The translations under genes were made by a program, and so were the position numbers. Positions 58,721-64,000 of a stretch of DNA of 64,000 bases are shown here, one piece after another. Below the pieces are notes generated by a model that did not search any database, was not told the DNA's origin, and was given only the letters and a program-made list of their open reading frames with translations. The stretch lies in NCBI RefSeq assembly GCF_009914755.1, contig NC_060927.1, one strand, 5' to 3'. This DNA comes from the human T2T-CHM13v2.0 reference genome, Homo sapiens. Each line of letters begins with the position of its first letter. Position 1 is the first letter of the stretch.

Positions 58721-60289
58721 GTGATAAATAGGTTTCCTTCTTCTAGCATCCTCTTGTTAATTAATTCATTAAGGAATTTTTCAGTGACAGCATATTATCA
58801 TCAAAAACATTATGACCAATATGACTTTAACTTTCACATTTGACCATACTTGCAATATTCAGACTGTAATCATCAATGCAAACAATCTTTGAAGTCTTCT
58901 TCAAAAAAAATAAATGCCAGAGACTAACTCCGAACCTCCCTGTTTATGGAGTGATAAACAAGAGAAAAAGTAATGGGAACTAAAGAAACAAAAAAGCTCT
59001 ATTTTGAAGGTAACAGAAATAATGTCACAAAATACAAGAATAACAGTGCTTTCGAAATAAACCATACCCAAGCAATGAATACCTTAGATTTTATAGGTAT
59101 TCTACTTTTTTCCTTAGAGTTGTAACTAACTTAGTCTGAAATACACAAACGATCATGTTATGAAAACACACAAGTTCAAGCATCTTGTCAAATCTCTTCC
59201 TACTGTTTCTGGTTTCTACAGAAATTGACAGAGGTAACTGCTAGAAAAATAAGGAGAAGATACTTAAAACACTTTCTATTCAGAGAAGTGAAGTGAGAAT
59301 CTTCTGGCATTCAAGGTGAGGACTGGTAGCACTGAAGTCAATTTATGCTTCTGGAACTAAGTTTAGATGTGGGTAAACACAATCTTTCTAACACTCACTT
59401 ACTCCATCTGACTTCCCGCAACACATCCTCAGTCTTGGTTTAACCCAAAGAACAGTAACTAAATTATATTAGTAACTAGTTTTCCAATTATTTGACTGTA
59501 AATTCACACACCAAATTTTTACTCCAACATCATTTATATTACTAAACTAACCACACTCTCTTTAATATGAAACTACTTTACTAGGTGGAAAAGCAACCTA
59601 TATTATCTTTGGAAATAGAATATATTCTTTACATATATGGCTAATTAATATTTAAAGTCTCAAGTGTAGGTAAATGCTACCCAACAAAGCTAAACATAAT
59701 TTATCAACTTTACAAAAAGGAGAGGAACCACAAAAATCAAATCAATACCAGATATTAACTCCAGACCTCCCTGAATTCCAACTTGGTCTCATTCTACTTA
59801 AGCCTGAGGTGATTATGCTAGTGAAGTTCCTGTGTATGAGTCTCTTGATCAGTTATAGTCTCTTGATCTATTATAGTCTGTACACAGATATAATAGAACC
59901 CATCAACCCCACAATTTCTATTAAAGACAACTAAGTAAAACAATTATTCTAGGTATAAAAACACATTGTATGCATGGAAAATGGAGGGCAAGAAGGTCAT
60001 CATACCTCAACCCAGAAGACACAAAAAACAAGGCAGTATCACCAAAAAAAAAAAAAAAAAAAGAACAGTATCATTTTACACAACTGACTCACTATTAAAT
60101 TTCCACTCACTCCAAAAGAATCAGAGGATAGATAATTATCAGCAGGATGTAAATATTTTGTTATTATATCTCAACTAAGTTTTCAAGCCACAAAATCAAC
60201 TCTTTTGAATCAGTGATATATAATACATTTTAGTGCCTAAAACTTTGCTAAATAGTCTTAGAAATGTTTGAGAGCTTAATTACTCTTAC

Positions 60290-60360
60290 CTTTGCAGACA
60301 CTCAAAATCATACCGCCTGAACTTTGCACTTCATCAAATTTGGCAAATATCATTTCTAAT
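60290..60360 (-). CDS. CLASP2: CLASP2 long (alpha) isoform exon, end of TOG1: (R)LEMIFAKFDEVQSSGGMILSVCK(D), 71 nt
   Basis: Acceptor tttattcccag|A, donor AAAG|gtaaga; phase 2 to 1. Confidence 0.96.
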
Positions 60361-61655
60361 CTGGGAATAAAGAATAAATTGGGTTTGTTTGATTTTTTAA
60401 AACATATAGATTAAATAGAAACAATTTCCTTCACCATTCCCTTAGAAAAAACAATTGTAGGGATTCAGCTAGTTTTCTATACAACTCTCTTTCACAATTA
60501 ACGCACTGAAAGAAGACACAAAACCCATCTCTCTTCAGTTGAAAGAAGTCACATATAGGTAGGACTCTACATATTTGCAGGTATGTTTGTGAAAAGACAA
60601 TTTTTACACAAAGCAGTTTCTCATGTTTCATCATAAAATCATTCCTCCAAATCCATCAAAAATATCCTAGTTTCAACCTCATAATAAGTCTACTCAGTCA
60701 CCAAGACATCTTTTAAAGGCATATAAAAATCATGCCAAAGTAACTTAAGGCAAACATACAAACAATAAAATATAAAATATCAAAAACTAAAGAGATGGCT
60801 AATATCACTGATAATCTGATGCTATCCCTGTTTCACACGACTGTTTTCATACAACACCAATTCCACTGGTCCTTCTAATTTTATATTCAGGATAATTACA
60901 CTTTCTGCACTTCTGCTATCACTTTTCTTAGTTAAAAATGTATTTATTACAAAAGTAATGTACATTCATTATAAAAGAAAATTAGGAAATATAAATAGGA
61001 ACAAAGAAAAAACCACATTTCTATCATTCAGAGAATGTATTTATTAACTGTATCCTTTCTGATACTTTTATATTCATATACAAATTTTCTTCAGAGTGAA
61101 ATGGGATAAAACTGACAGCACTTTTTTTTTAGTTTGCTTTTCTTTCTCTTTCCAATATATTGTGCTATGATTCATTCTTAAATTTGTGACTTAGAGAATT
61201 GAGGAAGAGAGGAGGGTCACTGACATATTGCCTTTAGTTGCCAAATGTTCTTCTCTGACTCACCCATATACATGTGTCAAATTTCATTTCCTAAAACCTT
61301 ACTTAAGCCTTGGTCCTCATCGTGGTCATTTCTTACCAGTAAATTATAGATACAGATACTTTTTGAAATAAATTATTGGCTTATTTCAGTAAGAACTAAA
61401 AAATTTTTTTAGTTGAAATCTCCTAGGAATTCATTATAATAGGATTTCTAAACCTTAACATCACCTCCTACTTCCAATAAATTCAACAAATACAACTATT
61501 TACATATAGAAAGCATTTCAGTTCAAAGACACAGGTCTCTTTATTCTACAGAGTAGTATATTCTGGAGGGTTGAACAGACACCAAGCAGGTTGCCCAGAC
61601 ACAAGAGGTGGACATAAGATAGAAGGAAGCATTGGAATTGGAGGCTGGAACCTCA

Positions 61656-61972
<317 letters not shown>

Positions 61973-63034
61973 GGAGAGGATTTCGGAGAGCTGTTTGAGA
62001 AAAAGCAGAACAAGACATGAAGGGGCATAACATTTGGCTATAGATTAGAAGAACAGGAGTAAAAACTTTAGGACAGAAAGCTCAGAAAGAGAAGTGGGTT
62101 GGCAAGGAATTAAGGTAAGGCAGATAATACATGGAGACAGGAATCTGGATGTAAGCAGCTTTAGTGGAAGAGGGTTCAAATGAAATAGTAGGCAAATATA
62201 ATACGAATATGGGAGAGAGGAGGGGAGGGGAAAAGAAGAAAAAGGGGCCAGAGTAGAAGGTATCACCCAAAGGTCTTTTGGGACTGGGTTGGGCTAAGAA
62301 AGACACACAGAGTAGATGATTGCCTCGCAGCATTAACCTTGCTGCCAGCTCTTCAGTTACTCAATACACTCTTCCTATGACTGTTCTACTCTCTCTTCTC
62401 AGTCACTCTTTCCTTCTAATGATTCTCACTTTACCAACTTTCAAGTAAAATTAACATCTGACTTTTGTTTGGTATTTATTAAAAATATTTTAGTCACTTG
62501 TTCAAAATTTTATAAAGGATAAGTTCATAACTTATCTTTAAAGCAAACAAAACAACACAGTATAATTTTCTACGTGGCCCTCACTGAATCCCTCCAACCC
62601 CATCATCAAACTCTATACACTTATTTTAGAAAAACAAACGCATTTATAATAGATGATTATTATACATATAATTTGGTGAAAAAAGGAAGAAATAAACAAT
62701 TTAAGAGCAGAAAGAAGAGCCTAAGATATTTTAAGTAATTCAGGGGAAGAAATTAGGAAATTCAATGGAAGAAAAATACAACAGAGACTGGATTGTCCAA
62801 AAGATTATAAACACAATTTAGGAGGCCCACAAAGCTCTAGGAAGGTTCTGACTTAGGATAAGGATAGAGGCCAGTAAAGTATTAGGAAGGTTCTAACTCA
62901 TAGGGTAAGGAGGACAGAATTAGAAAAGCAACCCTAACCAAAGTCCAGACTTAAAAGTTTAGAATAAGAATAGTAAATCCCAAGTATAACATGAAAGAGA
63001 CAATTAGGTATCTCAGACTTTATCTTTCTAAAAT

Positions 63035-63970
63035 AACAGTATTATTGAGGTAGAATTCAATACCATACAATTCACCTCTTCAAACTGTACAATATAACGA
63101 TTTTTAGTATATCTGCAGAGTTGTGCAACCAAATAATCCATTTTAGAACATTTTCATCACCCCAAAAAATAACCACATACCCATTAGCAATCATTCCCCA
63201 TTTACCCTGATCTCTCCAGTCCTAGGCAAACACTAATCTACTTCCTTTCTCTAAAGACTATATCTAGCCTATGAGTTGCCATATCTGGCCATTTCATATA
63301 AATGGAATCATACAATATGTGGCCTTTTGTGACTGGCTTCTTTCATGAATGTTTTCAAGGTTGATGCATGATGTATCAGTCATCCCTGTTGTGACCAAAT
63401 AATATTCCATCGTATGGATTTACCACATTTTGTTTATCTATTCACCAAGTAATGGACATATGTAGATGTGGGGTGTCTCTATTTTTTGGCTATTATAAAT
63501 AATGCTGTTATGAACACCTGTGTGTAGGTTTTTGTGAGGAATGTTTTCATATCACTTGCATATACAGCCAGGAATGGAATTACTAGGTTATATGATAATT
63601 CTATGTTTGACATTTTGAGGAATTATAAACTGTTTCCAAAGTTGCTGCACCATTTTACATTCCCAATGGCAATGTATGAGGGTTCCAATTGCTCTACATC
63701 CTCATCAATATTTGTTATTGTCTATCATTTTTATTTGTCTATCAGTTTTTATTTTCGTCATCCTGGGGGTGCATAATAGTTTTGATCTGTATTTCCCTCA
63801 TGGTTAAATGGTGTTAAACATCTTTCTATGTGCTATTGCCATCTGTATATTCTTTTTGAAGAAATTCAAATATTTTGTCTGTTTTAAAAATTGGGTTATC
63901 TGTCCTTTTACTATTGAGTTGTAAAGAGCCCCTTATAACAGTCAAGATACGTGTCTTAGAAGATATTTGA
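63035..63970 (-). mobile_element. L1MB-type 3' end
   Basis: catataaatggaatcatacaatatgtggccttttgtgactggcttctttca and ccattttacattccca. Confidence 0.85.
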
Positions 63971-63974
63971 TTTT

Positions 63975-64000
63975 GGCCAGGTACGGTGGCTCATGCCTGT
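63975..64000 (+). mobile_element. Start of an Alu cut by the window edge
   Basis: ggccaggtacggtggctcatgcctgt. Confidence 0.85.

Overview
Primate (almost certainly human) genomic DNA lying entirely inside CLASP2, a microtubule plus-end TOG-domain protein gene, on the minus strand. I reconstructed 11 consecutive GT-AG coding exons by hand (60360 down to 1021). They splice in frame into the end of TOG1, the linker, all of TOG2 and the start of the Ser/Arg-rich region (roughly exons 7-17 of the long isoform; numbering from recall). The window also holds two internal alternative first exons: CLASP2-gamma (MAMGD, 55820-55835) and the Cys-containing CLASP2-beta (MRRLICKRICD, 42137-42170), each with promoter-like motifs. 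The rest is intron filled with about 20 Alus plus L1, L2, MIR, DNA-transposon and LTR relics, and nearly all ORF-track entries are repeat-derived artefacts. I found no novel gene system. The best leads concern RNA processing: (1) the gamma first exon could also act as a 36-nt in-frame cassette with a downstream RBFOX motif cluster; (2) an in-frame cryptic donor could add 35 aa to TOG2; (3) a NAGNAG acceptor; (4) an AUG-UGA start-stop in the putative beta leader; (5) Alu-flanked, stop-free potential circRNAs. There are also several fold-back structures, including an Alu carrying an inverted copy of its own 5' end. Repeat boundaries are approximate and subfamily names are from recall.
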